64,000 nt of DNA, taken from contig JAANOX010000045.1 in assembly GCA_020184695.1 (NCBI GenBank), positions 1-64,000 of the forward strand. The letters are read 5' to 3'. The position numbers and the translations under genes are program-made. This stretch comes from Histomonas meleagridis 2922-C6/04-290x (lineage: Eukaryota > Protista > Parabasalia). The notes under the pieces were generated by a model. The model was given only the letters and a program-made list of their open reading frames with translations, had not been told where the DNA came from and ran no database searches. Below are positions 38,049 through 50,827 of the stretch, piece by piece; the stretch's first letter is position 1; each line of letters begins with the position of its first letter.

Positions 38049-39154
38049 TTTGAAAAATGCGAATTCGCGGAAATCGAAACAAATCACTATACGTTTAAAT
38101 ATAATTGTATCGAAGAACCGCCAAAATGCCAAGTGTCAAAAAAATTGTCAGACGTAAACTTAACAAAATTCAGTACGTTACGATGAATCTTGAAATGTGA
38201 ACTTGCCTTCACACATCCTGTTTTTTCGAATCGTGTCCGCACATGTTTTAATTATTGACAGAAAATTTCTCTTTGCGATTATTATTGATCATTATGATGT
38301 AATTCATCGAATGTAAAAAACTGTAATTTTATATTGTTCAAAAGAATTCATAAATAAAGAGCAAGAAAGAAAAAAAAATATATTACAATTGCTTCACTTG
38401 AATATCAATTATCTTACTCTATTCTAAAAAACATCACATAGTTTCTCTTTTATCGTTTGAATCAGTAGAATGGACACGTATAAAATTCATATAAAAAGAG
38501 AAATGTTGATTATTTTAAATGTCATAATAATAACAAAAAGAATTCTGACTAAAGTACTGCATATATACTAAATTAATGATTTTTCACTATATTTTTCATC
38601 GTATCTAAAGATATTATTATACCTGAATAAAAAATTATAAATTTGGCATGAATTATATCACTTCAAATAAAAATCATAAAAATTAAAAAAATTTTTATAT
38701 TATTTTTAGAACTGAAGTCAATTGTAAAATGTTAAACATTAAATACAACTAATTATCCTTATACAAACCAATACTAATTCCAATTTTACCATTATACAAT
38801 GTCATTGTATATAAAAACAATGTAATTTTTGAATTTCAACAATCGGAATTTCAGACAAAAAAAGGAAATGAAATAGAACTTTTTGAAAAATAATTGAGTT
38901 GAATATGATCATCTTCGTTTTCCATTTTTGTCTCATTGAAAATGAAATTAACTTTATTTCATTGAAAATTTATCGGGGTTTCCGATAAAATTGAATGTTT
39001 CGTTCAAATCTTGGTTAAACGCCTCAAAAATTGATTCTTAAAAATGAATACCTTTTTTTTTTCAATAGCCAAAAGTTCCGCGTTTCTTCATATAAAAGCA
39101 AAGAGATTTTAAAATGATTCAAAATTTAGCGGATGATTCCTTATTTCACATTTA

Positions 39155-42100
39155 ATGATTAAAGTTAAAATAAATGGAAAAGAAATTCAAGTTCCAGAAC
39201 ATTCAACAGTTCTACAAGCGTGTACTGATGCTGGTGTTTATATCCCTACTCTATGCAATCATCCTGATTTACCACCAGCCGGAAAATGTGGTGTTTGTGT
39301 TGTAAAAATCAATGGCTCAAATTATTCATTATCATGCTCAACAAAAGTTGTTGATGGAATGACCATTGAAACAAACACACCAGAAATCAAAGAAAAGGCA
39401 ATGGAAGCGTTAAATAAATTCAATGATATGGGTGTGATGCCAGCAGTTCCTGAGATAGAGGACATCATTGATTATTTAGTACCAACGAAAACCATTCGTT
39501 TGCGTGGCCATGAAGAAACTACTTCGTTAACATTTGATCCAAAGTTATGTATCAATTGTACACGTTGTTCTCGAGCTTGTAGTGATGAACAAACAATAAA
39601 TGCAATTGATGAATTATCAGCAAAATTATGTGAAGGCCCATGTATTTCATGTGGTCAATGTATCACTGTATGTCCTACACGTGCTTTACGTCCAAAGAAT
39701 GATATTCCAAAAGTTATACATGCAATGGCAGGAGGTAAAGTATGCATTCTACAAACAGCGCCGTCAGCAAGAGTTTCAGTTGGAGAATGTTTTGGTGATC
39801 CTATTGGTACATTATGCACTGGAAAAATTATATCAGCAGCTAAAGAAATGGGATTCCAATATATTTTTGATACAAACTTTGGCGCTGATATGACTATAGT
39901 CGAAGAAGGAACTGAACTCATTGATAGAATTAATAATGGTGGAGTTCTTCCAATGTTTACATCATGTTGTCCTGGATGGGTTAACTTTGTTGAAAAGATT
40001 CATCCCGAAATTATTCCTAATTTATCTACATCTAAATCGCCACATATGATGGCAGGGACAGCAATTAAAACTTATTGGGCCGAGAAGATGAATATTCCAA
40101 AAGAAAATATTTTCACTGTTTCATTAATGCCATGTGTAGCTAAGAAAGATGAAATTCAACGCAAACAAATATTAGGTATTGTTGATGCAGTTTTATCTGT
40201 TGTAGAGTTTGGTGAATTATGTAAAATGTTTGGTGTTAAATGGGATACACTTGATAATAATGCACAATATGATTCATTACTTGGTGAATCAACAGGCGCT
40301 GCAGCATTATTCGGTGTTACAGGAGGTGTTATGGAAGCAGCACTTCGTTTTGCACATGAACAACTTAATCATGAAAAATTAGGTAAAGTCGAATATACTC
40401 AATGGAGAGGATTCCAAGGAATTAAAACAGCAAGTACTACAATTGCTGGAATTAATATGAAGATCGCAGTATGTAATGGTATTTCAAATGCTCGTGAATT
40501 TATCGAAAGTGGACAATATTTAAATTATACATTCATTGAAGTAATGGCTTGTCCATGTGGTTGTATTGGTGGTGGCGGACAACCTAAGACACGTTCACAT
40601 AAAGAAGCACAAAAACGTGCGAAAACAATTTATGAATTAGATCGTAACACAAAGAAAATAACTTCAAATGATAATGAAGAACTGAAAACATTATATAAAT
40701 CATATTTCGGTACTCCAGGAAATGAAAAGTCACATGAATTCCTTCATACAAGTTATGAAATACAAACAACTCCATTCCTTGAACAACTACGAAAATCCGA
40801 AAATTTGCCACTTGTTGCATATGGTTCTGTGTCAGGTACAGCATCACGATTAGCAAGAACATTTGCAGAATATATTGGAACTACAACAAGTGCCTTATCA
40901 ATGGTCAATCTAAATAGAATGATTAAGCAAGGAACAATTATAATATTTTGTTCAACATTTGGTGATGGCGAATTACCATCGAATGCCGAAAAATTTGTAA
41001 ATGAATTAAGAGAAAGTAACAACGATTTAAGTAAGTTACGTTATTCAGTATGTGCACTTGGATCAAATTTATATCCAAAGTTTTGTGCGGCTGGACATTT
41101 AATTGATAAATTACTTGAAGAAAAAGGCGCGCATCGAATTCATAATATAATTGAATTAGATTCCAACACATCAGATAAAGGCGAAGGTATATTCGAGTCA
41201 TGGTGCCCTGAAATCCTTCAATCACTTGGACTTAAAATGCCTGAAATCATTATCAAACCAAATTATACACTTACCAAAGAAGAAAACATTGATGAGAATG
41301 ATCCAATATATAAATATCCATTAAATCCAATTGGCTATGAATATGGAGTAATGTTATCATCAACAAAATTAACACCTGAAGGATATCAACCAGCGATGCA
41401 TCGATATCAAATTAAATTACCGAAAGGTATGAAGTATGATACAGGTGATCATGTTGCAATATTACCACAAAACAATCCAGAAGTAGTTAAGACAATTATA
41501 AATGAACTCAAATTAAATCCAAATGATATATATAAAGTAGAAACAACACTTACTGAAGGTCTTAATTCTATACCAGAAAGAGTTACAATACACGAATTAT
41601 TCGCACAATATCTTGACTTAAATGGAAGGCCGACACGTAATCTATGCCGTGCTTATAAACAATATATAACAAACGAAGAACTTAAGAAAGAACTTGAGAA
41701 CATTCTCGACATATCACAGCCGAAATATTTCGAAGACTTACAAAAGGATATAAATATATCCGAATTCATCATAAAATATGGAAAATCGAATCATCCGCCA
41801 TTAGATATCTTAGTCACAGCAATCCCACCAATTAAGCCACGTTTATATTCCATTGCTTCTGCACCTGAAGCGAATTCATATTCAATTGATTTAATAATCA
41901 CTGATAATATGTTCGGAGTAAAAGGTGAAAGAAATGGATTATGTACTTCATTCTTACGTCGATTCGGTCTAACGAAAGTACCAATTCATACGCAAAAGGG
42001 ATGTTTCGTATATCCAAAAAACAAATCGCATCCGATATTTATGGCAGCACTTGGATGTGGTATAGCTCCAATGTTATCATTACTTCAACATAGAGACAGT

Positions 42101-42467
42101 ATTGAGAAGCCAATTGGCGACGCAGCATTGTTCTTCGGATGTAGATATAGAGATACGTATCCGATACTCGACTCGATGCTCGAGGATTACAGAGACACAA
42201 ACACAATGCAGGATTTGTTCGTCGCGTACTCGAGAAGCGGGAAAACGAAAACTTATATCACCGATTTAATGTTGCAAAATCCGGACGTGGTGTGGAAGTA
42301 CTGGCAGTAACATCGACACCGAATTCTTCTACTGCGGACCTGCGCGAGGTATTCCTGACCAACTGCATGAAATATTGGTGAAAATATCAATGGAAAAGGG
42401 AAACATGTCGCGCGAAGAGGCTGAGAAATTTACAAATGAGCATAAGCATCACGTAGAATCTTTCTAA
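39155..42467 (+). CDS. [FeFe]-hydrogenase fused to flavodoxin and FAD/NAD(P)-binding domains (cytochrome P450 reductase-like)
   Basis: 2Fe-2S motif (LCNHP..GKCGVC); two 4Fe-4S motifs (CINCTRCSRAC, CISCGQCITVCP); H-cluster L1 TSCCPGW, L2 MPCVAKKDE, L3 EVMACPCGCIGGGGQP. Flavodoxin YGSVSGTA and STFGDGELP; reductase PRLYSIAS, GCGIAP, FFGCR. A one-base frameshift at ~42308 separates the tail FFYCGPARG…HVESF* (stop 42465-42467). Confidence 0.93.
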
Positions 42468-43099
42468 AATATGAAAGATATCAATAACATAAACAAAAGT
42501 GAAATAGTTTCGAATTTTAATAATAAAATTTCCTTACGAAGTGTGAAACTGTTATAAATTCGTTTTTATTGAATATAATAAATAATTTGAGAATAAAATT
42601 ATTTTATATTCATTTAATTGTGATAGCACTTATCTGATTATTTGAGCATAAATGCAAAGAAATAGTTAAAGAAAGAACTGATATTAGTACTAAAAACATT
42701 CATATATATATACATAACATTGTTAGTGTTTGTTGAATATCATTAACAATTGATAATATCACTCGTATCATTTGAATATTCTTATATACCACAAATTTGT
42801 TCCAATATAACAACATTAGAAACAATAGCAAACGCATTTTTTGTTTTAAAAAAAGACTAAATATCACACAACGATAGAAATAAATGAATGAGAAATCATC
42901 GTACTTGCTCTCAAAAATTTGATGAAAATGAGCCATATCTTTATTATTAACCATATGGTTGGTCATATGACTTTCAAATATATTTCTCTGTAAAACCCTT
43001 TTTTTTTCTTGAAACTTTGTAGTTACTTAATAATGTAACGATATCTCAATGATGATTTTTAGATGTGTTCATTTTTTCTGTTTCATATATGAAAGAATT

Positions 43100-44110
43100 A
43101 ATTTAACTATTTCTGTATCACCTTTATAAGATGCCCACATAAGTGCTGTTCGAAATAATTTAAATCATTTCCAAATATTATTTTGAAATATAAAATTATT
43201 AAAATAAATTTTAAATAAAACAAATAAATATCTTTAGCATTAATATCAATTCCTTCTTGTTCAAGAAGTAATTTAACTATTTCTGTATTACCATTTGAAG
43301 ATGCATACATAAGTGCTGTCCAAAATAATTTAAATAATTCCCAAAAATTACTTTGAAACATCAAATTATTAAAATAAATATTAAATAAAACAAATAAATT
43401 TTCTCTTTAGCATTAATATCAATTCCTTCTTGTTCTAGAAGTAATTTAACTATTTCTGTATAACCATTTTTAGATGCATACATAAGTGCTGTTCGAAATA
43501 ATTTAAATCATTTCCAAATATTATTTTGAAATATAAAATTATTAAAATAAATATTAAATAAAACAAATAAATATTTTTAGCATTAATATCAATTCCTTCT
43601 TGTTCAAGAAGTAATTTAACTATTTCTGTATGACCTTTATAAGATGCTCTAATAAGTGCTGTCCAAAATAATTTAAATGATTTCCAAATATTATTTTGAT
43701 ATATAAAATTATTAAAATAAATATTAAATAAAACAAATCAATATCTTTAGCATTAACATCAATTCCTTCTTGTTCAAGAAGTAATTTAACTATTTCTGTA
43801 CGACCATTTTTAGATGCAAACATAAGTGCCGTTTTAAAACATTTAAATAATTTTCACATATCATGAATAAATTTTAAATGAGTATTATAAATTTCGAAAG
43901 ACAAAAAGTAATACTTTTAGCATTTATCTTTATAATTTTTTGCTGGAGGAGCAGTTTTATAATTTCTATGTTTCCACTTATAGAAGCATACATTAAAGGT
44001 GTTATAAATACTTTAAATTAATTCCAAATAATTAAGTAATATTCTAAATTATTATCATAAACATCATATAAAAAAAATTTATATCACATATGTTGATATT
44101 CAATCCTTTT
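43100..44110 (-). repeat. Ankyrin array D: one diverged unit plus five standard units, all interrupted
   Basis: TPLMYASISGNIEIIKLLLQQKIIKINAKS, then MFASKN, IRASYK, MYASKN, MYASSN, MWASYK. Confidence 0.9.
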
Positions 44111-45327
44111 TGCTCTAAAAAATATTTAAAAATTTCAAAATTATAACAACCGAAATTTGCAAATAATTTGATATCTGATTTCCTTCAGTAAAATGCATGA
44201 TTATATATAAGTTACCACATTTAATTGATTCATCAATAAGTATATCATCTAATTTCATGTTATTTTCTTCTAAAAATGATAAAATTTCAAAGTTATGACA
44301 TAAAATACATTTCTTTCCTAATTTTTTTAATTTTTCATAAGGATATTTAAAATTATTGTAAATGTATTTAAAGATATCATTTCGATGATATTCGATTGCT
44401 GTTTTATATGCTTTCTCAAATGATGAATGATTTTGTTCACATAAATGAATGATTTCAAGATTTCCACCTGCAATTGCATATTTACCTGTTTTTTCTACTT
44501 TTGCACCATTGATAAGCAAATATTTGAAACATTGAACTGCTCCAAAAAATGCTGCATAATCAATTAATGTAACATTTTTTTTATTAACAAATGAACATCT
44601 TTCATAGAGTGATGGCTCAATTGTTTGATTAAAATCAAAGTTTGTTTGTGATGTTATTTCTTGAAGTTTTTCTATTTCATCATTCCGAATTATTTTTGCA
44701 ATACTATTTGGGTTAACTCCTTCTCTCACATATTTCCTATGAAGCTTCCAATTGTTTTTTGAAAGTTCTTCACGATTTTTATCAAAATGTTCCCAAAACA
44801 GTGTGTATCGTTTTTGCAAAATTTCGTTAGTGGGCCAATTGTGTGCAAAAATATAATGTTCCAGAATTTTTAGTTATTCTCGGATCGATTAATTGTTCTT
44901 CAATCAATTTTTCCAAAAGAAAATTTGATTCTTGTGTATGTAATTTAATTAAAAGCTGTGAGAAATATTCAAAAATATTAATATTCTTTGGATTTTTATT
45001 ACTTTCTTGAACTTTTACTTTAAATAATTTTAAAAAAATTATATATAAACTTGGATTTTTATTGTGAATTTTATATGATAAATATAATAAACCACAAATA
45101 ATATAAAGAAATGTTTCTGGATAACGATTATCATAATAAATTAATGAAGATTCAACTGATTTTTCAACATTTTCAATCTGTAGATTCATAAAAATTTGTT
45201 CAAGTCTTAAAGATTTTGCTAAGAATTCTTTCTCACTTGGAGTTTGGAAACCATGATAAATATTTTCTCTTTCCCATTCTATTCTTTTTTTTCTTTTAAT
45301 CACCCGCCTAAGAGGAGGTAAACCCAT
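44083..45327 (-). CDS. DUF3447-type ankyrin protein, N-terminal region (frameshifts near 44825 and 44165)
   Basis: IIRNDEIEKLQ, TLIDYAAFFGAVQCFKYL, YAIAGGNLEIIHLCEQ; continues as …FEIFKYFLEQKGLNINICD into array D. Confidence 0.8.
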
Positions 45328-47096
45328 TTTATGATAAATGAATTGTATTGATATTAAACGGTTTCTTCAAAAAATGGGAAATTAAAAAATTCATATCAAA
45401 CCATAAACAACAAGTAATCGTTTTTTTCAAAGTTTAAATATCATAATAATGATGTAAATGGTTGATTTTTTTCACCCTAGGAGAGAAATTACCAATGTAA
45501 AATTTTTCATGACTCTTAAAGAGTACGGGTCCTATTCTAATTTTCTTATGAATTTTAAATATTTTATTCATAGTCAATTTACTTAGAGCCTTTTGCATGA
45601 AATGATTTTAAATTATTTTAGTTCAATAAAGCATAATTTTTTATCAACTATAATAAATAAATAATTAGATATTAAAATATATATGAATGTATGACATATA
45701 TAATATATATTTATAAAGATATATTTATAAAGATATCTTTAAAAAGATATTTTTATTTTAAGTCAAGTTCTAACAAATCTTTAAATATAAGTTTTTGTCT
45801 TATAAATATATAAGAATATTATATACTGCTATTATTGATCTTTGGAATATTTTTTTTAATTATTAATATAATGAATACAACGAGATAATTATATTCTATT
45901 TGGCGTCAAACGACCGTTTAGATAATAGGACCAGTTCTTGTTTACAGTACCTAACATGAAAATCTGTCCATTTGTAGTGCTAGAAATCAAATAAATTCAA
46001 ACAAAATCAAGAAATACAAAACAAAATGGAAAAGCAAGTGCTCCAACTTGTTTGTATACTTTCATATAATAAAATGGATGAACTTTTATTTTTATATCCT
46101 CATTAACGCTACTTAATAAACTACCATTCATGAATCTATTCAAATTGACATCGGTTGTATGTTCCGAAGATCAAGTACGTGATGTCATGGGTGATTTTCA
46201 AACTAAAGTAGATCAATGGCATCGAACTACGTCAATTTCGTTTTGAGGCTCGAGGAGAAATTCAAGAAAAATAATGTTCAAACCAAATTGACCAGGGGAA
46301 ATGCCTCCACCAAATTCAGAACAATCTACGTCAATTATAACACTTCATTCTTCATTTACGTCCAATACAAAAAATAAAGAATATGAAGATTTTGTTCAAC
46401 AATTCCACTCACACTTGTTGACATTCGTCCAATTCGATATAGAGAAATAATGTCGCGGAAAATAGAACCAAAAATAGATACAGGTCGGCAACAAGCTGAA
46501 CTCACCATATTTATTGAATTAGAAAAATGGGTAAACGAGCCATCAAGAGACATGTCTATTGAAATGCAAAGAAGACATATTGAAGAGACTCTCTTGACCA
46601 AAGAAACTGAGATCTTCAACACAATATTCACATAGTTCTTCAACTTTCGTTAAATACCTGAAAATGAAACATACCTTTAACTACATGTGGAATCACAATA
46701 TATTTCTTACCTTGCGTCTAATCATTCTAAATTCCAAAGAAGAGGCCAAAAAGATCAATACAAATGCCTTTTGCAATGTCAATTGATTTTCCAAAAATAT
46801 TATAACGATCTCCATTTCGCGCAACACAACCTCCTGTTACGTATAATACAACTGGATGTCGTGAACCTGTAATACTCATTTCATTTCAATATGCGATACA
46901 CAATGATCAACTTATCCCGTAATTGCGATAATGTTATACCAAGAATATCACAAACATCTAATAGTGAACCAGCATATTCAATGCAATACATGTTCAATAT
47001 CATATAATATTCAATTTTTTTTCCTATATATCGCCATTTTAAATACATGTAAAAGAGTTTCAAACTTACTAAAATCAAATAAAAATCTTTTTTTTC

Positions 47097-47183
47097 AAAA
47101 TTTTTTGAAGAAGAAATTATTTTAACAAAATTTTTTTTTGAAGAAATTATTTTAACAAAATTTTTTGAAGAAATTATTTTAAA
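47097..47183. repeat. Short tandem repeat, about 3 copies of ~30 nt
   Basis: aaaattttttt(tt)gaagaaattattttaac repeated just downstream of the 47221 stop. Confidence 0.7.
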
Positions 47184-47220
47184 CAGATGTTTTCCGAGAT
47201 TATTTTTTTACTCAAAAAAT

Positions 47221-49995
47221 TTACAAAATTGCACTTTCAACCAAATTCGTTAGAGTTGAACCATTTTGTTGTATATCTTTAAACGCTTCCAACAGTTCGC
47301 TAATTTTCTTTTCGATAATTTTTGGTGCCTCGTTTACCACCACCGCGAAAGATATCATGTCGAAGAATTGCAACAATTCGCTCATTGTGAACAATCTGCA
47401 GCAATCGATACCGAAAGGGAATATGAAATTTTTTGGCTCCTTAATAATTTGTGTTTTATATAAATTTTCATTAATTTTCGAAATGCCCAAAATCAAATCC
47501 AAGAAATCGAATTCTTTAATTATGTCATTGTTAATTTTATTATCAGTTTCATTAAAAATGATAAAAATTTTACATTTCTTAAAGTCGAAATTAAAATCTC
47601 CGAATAAATTTGATACAAATACAAACGAAATATTAAACGATTCGATTCCGGGCAATTTAATAATTTTATTATTACCAATTTCATAATCGAAAACAATGTT
47701 CGAAAAATCATTTACGAATTGTTTAAATGATTCGGAAATTTTATTACAAGAGAAAACAGAAGTTGATTCATAATTAACTCTAAATAATCCGACGTGAAAA
47801 TAATGTTTTTTATAATGTTTTTGGAACGCGTTTAATACTTTTTCTTTGTTTTTAATTTTAACAAATGATTTCCTATTTTCGGATCGTAAAATTTGGAAAT
47901 TACATAAAAATGAACTTGTAATCGAATGATAAGAATTAATATCATATTCATTACATTTTGGAAAAGGCGATTTATCAGGTAAATTGAAATTAGACACGTC
48001 ATTTTCATTGTTAATATTCTCAACAATGTTATTTTCATTCAAAGAAAATAATAAAATTCCATATAAGTTACGAATCGAAAATAAGTTCTTATAAAATGAT
48101 AATATATTTTCATTGTAATAATACATTTCATAATCATCATAAAACTTTTCGACCTTTTCAAGTTGATCTTCAGTAAGTCTAGAATTTGGTGGAATTATAA
48201 TTTGTGATATTAATAAGTTACAAATGATTTGTATGTTTTTATCTTTGGAATATATCACTTTAATCTTTTCACATAATTCTTTTGTTTCATATGGTAACAT
48301 TTGTTTATAAGATAAACGTAAAAAGATCGAAAGATATCTTATAATAATTTTAGAATCGATTTTATCATCAAAGAATTCAATCATAAAACAAATCAATTTT
48401 TTAAGTAAATCTTTTGTTAATTGATTATTCGGCAATTGTATTAATGTATAAAATAAATATGTTTTAACTTTCGATAAACTTTTATATTCAGTTGTTATAT
48501 ATAAATAATATTTATCATAATCTTTTAATAATAAATAAATATAACCTAATTCCGAATAATATATATCATCATCACTCTTTTCAAATAATTTCTCTTTAAC
48601 TAATGTGTTTAATACATTATAAATATTTAATAAAAATTCATAAGAATTTTCAACTTTTGTAGTTATGATAATTTTCTCTTTGGATAAAATTTGAAGTTCT
48701 TTATCATGAATTAATGATTTCAAATAATTTATTATGTTTATGGTTAATCCAGCTATATCTTTCTTTTGATTTTGTGTTATTGGATTAAATACCTTCGCGT
48801 TTTCAATTTTATTTGGCTTATAAACATAATAAAAAATTATTGGTATTACCGAATAAATGTCATTCGGTAACTCAGGAAATACACATGAAAGATATGAAAA
48901 CAATGAAATTGTTTCACTCGAATTATAGAACGCAGATATTATTATGTTCTTAAAGATTTCTCTCCATTTGGAATCAGGCCCAAAGAATCCGCAGCTAAAG
49001 AATTGCATGAATTTATAAAACAATTGAATGTTGTCATTATCGAATTTCGTTGGAATAAAATCAGAAAAGTTTGTTAATAATGTATCAACGTGCCATTTAA
49101 CTTTATAAAATGATTTTAGCCCAGTCAAAACAGTATCAATCATTGACTCAATAACACATTTACGTATTATCTGTGAATTCGTGATCTTCATTAAACGAAG
49201 TGCAAATTGTTTAAGATCTTTATAGAGATTATATAAAATTTCAAACGAAATCTTGAATTTCGTACGTGAAGAAATAGCTAAGTCTAAGTTAACAGTGACA
49301 TTATATGGTAATATTAATGGTAGCAATACGTTACATATGGATGTTAAAAATGTTCCCCAAACTTTGGATAATAATTGATCACTTAAACATGACTTTGAAA
49401 ATTCGTATATGTTTTCCATAGTGACACTGTTCACGATCCCCGAAATTGGTACGACTTGAAGTGCTAAGGTGGCGATCTCATTTGGAATCTCGGCTATCAT
49501 GGAATCTTTGTTAAAAATCATTTTGCCAAATTCAAACGAAAGACCAATGATCCTAACCCATGTTTTCTCAGTATATTGGGTTTTGCTTTTATAGACAATT
49601 TTGGATAAGGCTTGAAATAAATTGGTTGAATCTTTAAAGTTACTTTGATTTTCTAAATAATTCCCAAAAAGGAACACTATTTCTTGTATAACCCTATTAT
49701 AACCCTCTGGGTCGTCGCAAGGAAGACCTGCGTTGATTAAATCATAAAAAAAAGAAATAGTATCCTTTCGTAAATCATAAAGAGAAGCACAGTAAAAAGG
49801 GTATGTAGCAATAGAAAGAATATATTCGATTTGTGAGATTCTTTTGAATGATTGTAATTGAACATTTTTTAAGGATTCAAGCATGTTTTGGCATACCCTG
49901 TATGCAACAGCATCAGAGTCTTTGAATACAAAAAGAGCATGATCTGCAATTCTTTCTGGTTTTATGTTGAATTTGTGGTGTTTCCTTTTTTCCAT
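47221..49995 (-). CDS. Large protein, possibly with a divergent C-terminal Rap/Ral-GAP-like domain
   Basis: Intact 924-aa ORF. FHVGLFRV…SESFKQFVNDF loosely matches the RapGAP pattern K(I/V)GVLY…S..F..FL. Family assignment is weak. Confidence 0.45.
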   Translation of the reverse strand: MEKRKHHKFNIKPERIADHALFVFKDSDAVAYRVCQNMLESLKNVQLQSFKRISQIEYILSIATYPFYCASLYDLRKDTISFFYDLINAGLPCDDPEGYNRVIQEIVFLFGNYLENQSNFKDSTNLFQALSKIVYKSKTQYTEKTWVRIIGLSFEFGKMIFNKDSMIAEIPNEIATLALQVVPISGIVNSVTMENIYEFSKSCLSDQLLSKVWGTFLTSICNVLLPLILPYNVTVNLDLAISSRTKFKISFEILYNLYKDLKQFALRLMKITNSQIIRKCVIESMIDTVLTGLKSFYKVKWHVDTLLTNFSDFIPTKFDNDNIQLFYKFMQFFSCGFFGPDSKWREIFKNIIISAFYNSSETISLFSYLSCVFPELPNDIYSVIPIIFYYVYKPNKIENAKVFNPITQNQKKDIAGLTINIINYLKSLIHDKELQILSKEKIIITTKVENSYEFLLNIYNVLNTLVKEKLFEKSDDDIYYSELGYIYLLLKDYDKYYLYITTEYKSLSKVKTYLFYTLIQLPNNQLTKDLLKKLICFMIEFFDDKIDSKIIIRYLSIFLRLSYKQMLPYETKELCEKIKVIYSKDKNIQIICNLLISQIIIPPNSRLTEDQLEKVEKFYDDYEMYYYNENILSFYKNLFSIRNLYGILLFSLNENNIVENINNENDVSNFNLPDKSPFPKCNEYDINSYHSITSSFLCNFQILRSENRKSFVKIKNKEKVLNAFQKHYKKHYFHVGLFRVNYESTSVFSCNKISESFKQFVNDFSNIVFDYEIGNNKIIKLPGIESFNISFVFVSNLFGDFNFDFKKCKIFIIFNETDNKINNDIIKEFDFLDLILGISKINENLYKTQIIKEPKNFIFPFGIDCCRLFTMSELLQFFDMISFAVVVNEAPKIIEKKISELLEAFKDIQQNGSTLTNLVESAIL

Positions 49996-50827
49996 TAACT
50001 TTTTTGAATACTTTATTAATTAGTATTGCTTGAAAGCAAAACACCCTATAATACTGTGATCAAAGTTCTTTGTGATTCCATAAATAAAGGACTTTAAACA
50101 CAGTAAAAATTCTCATTAAAATAAATGGATAGTTTAAGCTGATTGCTTTTTTATTGATTCAATTAATTTATATGTTGAAGTACGTTCAAATAACATACTA
50201 GAATCATTTTAGGATGATTTTATAATTAATAGTTTTCTTAATTAAGGATATAAAATTAATTATTACTAATTATCTTTTAATTATTAATAATAAATTGAAA
50301 AGTTAACACACGCTAATGTTTAAATTTGTGTAAGTACTTACATCTTTATTTTGCTTTTTATGCATTGCTTGAAATGATTTAAAAAATGTTAAAAAATTCC
50401 AACTTTTCTTGTAACAAATACATTGAAATGTTTTTTACCAGTGAAAAGAAAGCATTATTAATGTTAAAAAAATGATCATTAGGAGACGCAGATTTCTTCA
50501 TTTTGTCATAAAAACACGATACATAATATATTCAATTTTGTATGCAACACAAATTCTGAACTTTTTCAATAAATCATAGTCAGAATAGAAAAAAACAAAA
50601 ATAAATCATCATAATATTTATCAAATGTTATTTTTGTTTAACAATAATATTGAGATTATTCATGAATTATTTATTTTCATATAATTTGTTATGTTGAGCT
50701 TTAAATGTAAAAAAATTGAATTTTTTTGTTGTACAAAAAAATCATGTCAAAAGCGTTTTATCCAACTTATGCACAATTTTTCTGAAGACACTTATGACGT
50801 AGAATTGCGTCATCAACGATACAAAAA

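Larger units (their letters stand above)
30602..38482. repeat. Right arm of the inverted duplication
   Basis: Reverse complement of 16830-24470, apart from a 267-nt extra segment and a different ankyrin array. Confidence 0.95.

Noticed and set aside
46020-46900. Possible pseudogene (VCSEDQVRDVM resembles the transposase LCSEDQSILIRDIM)
   Set aside because: The similarity is too short and the surrounding frames are interrupted, so it cannot be supported without a search.
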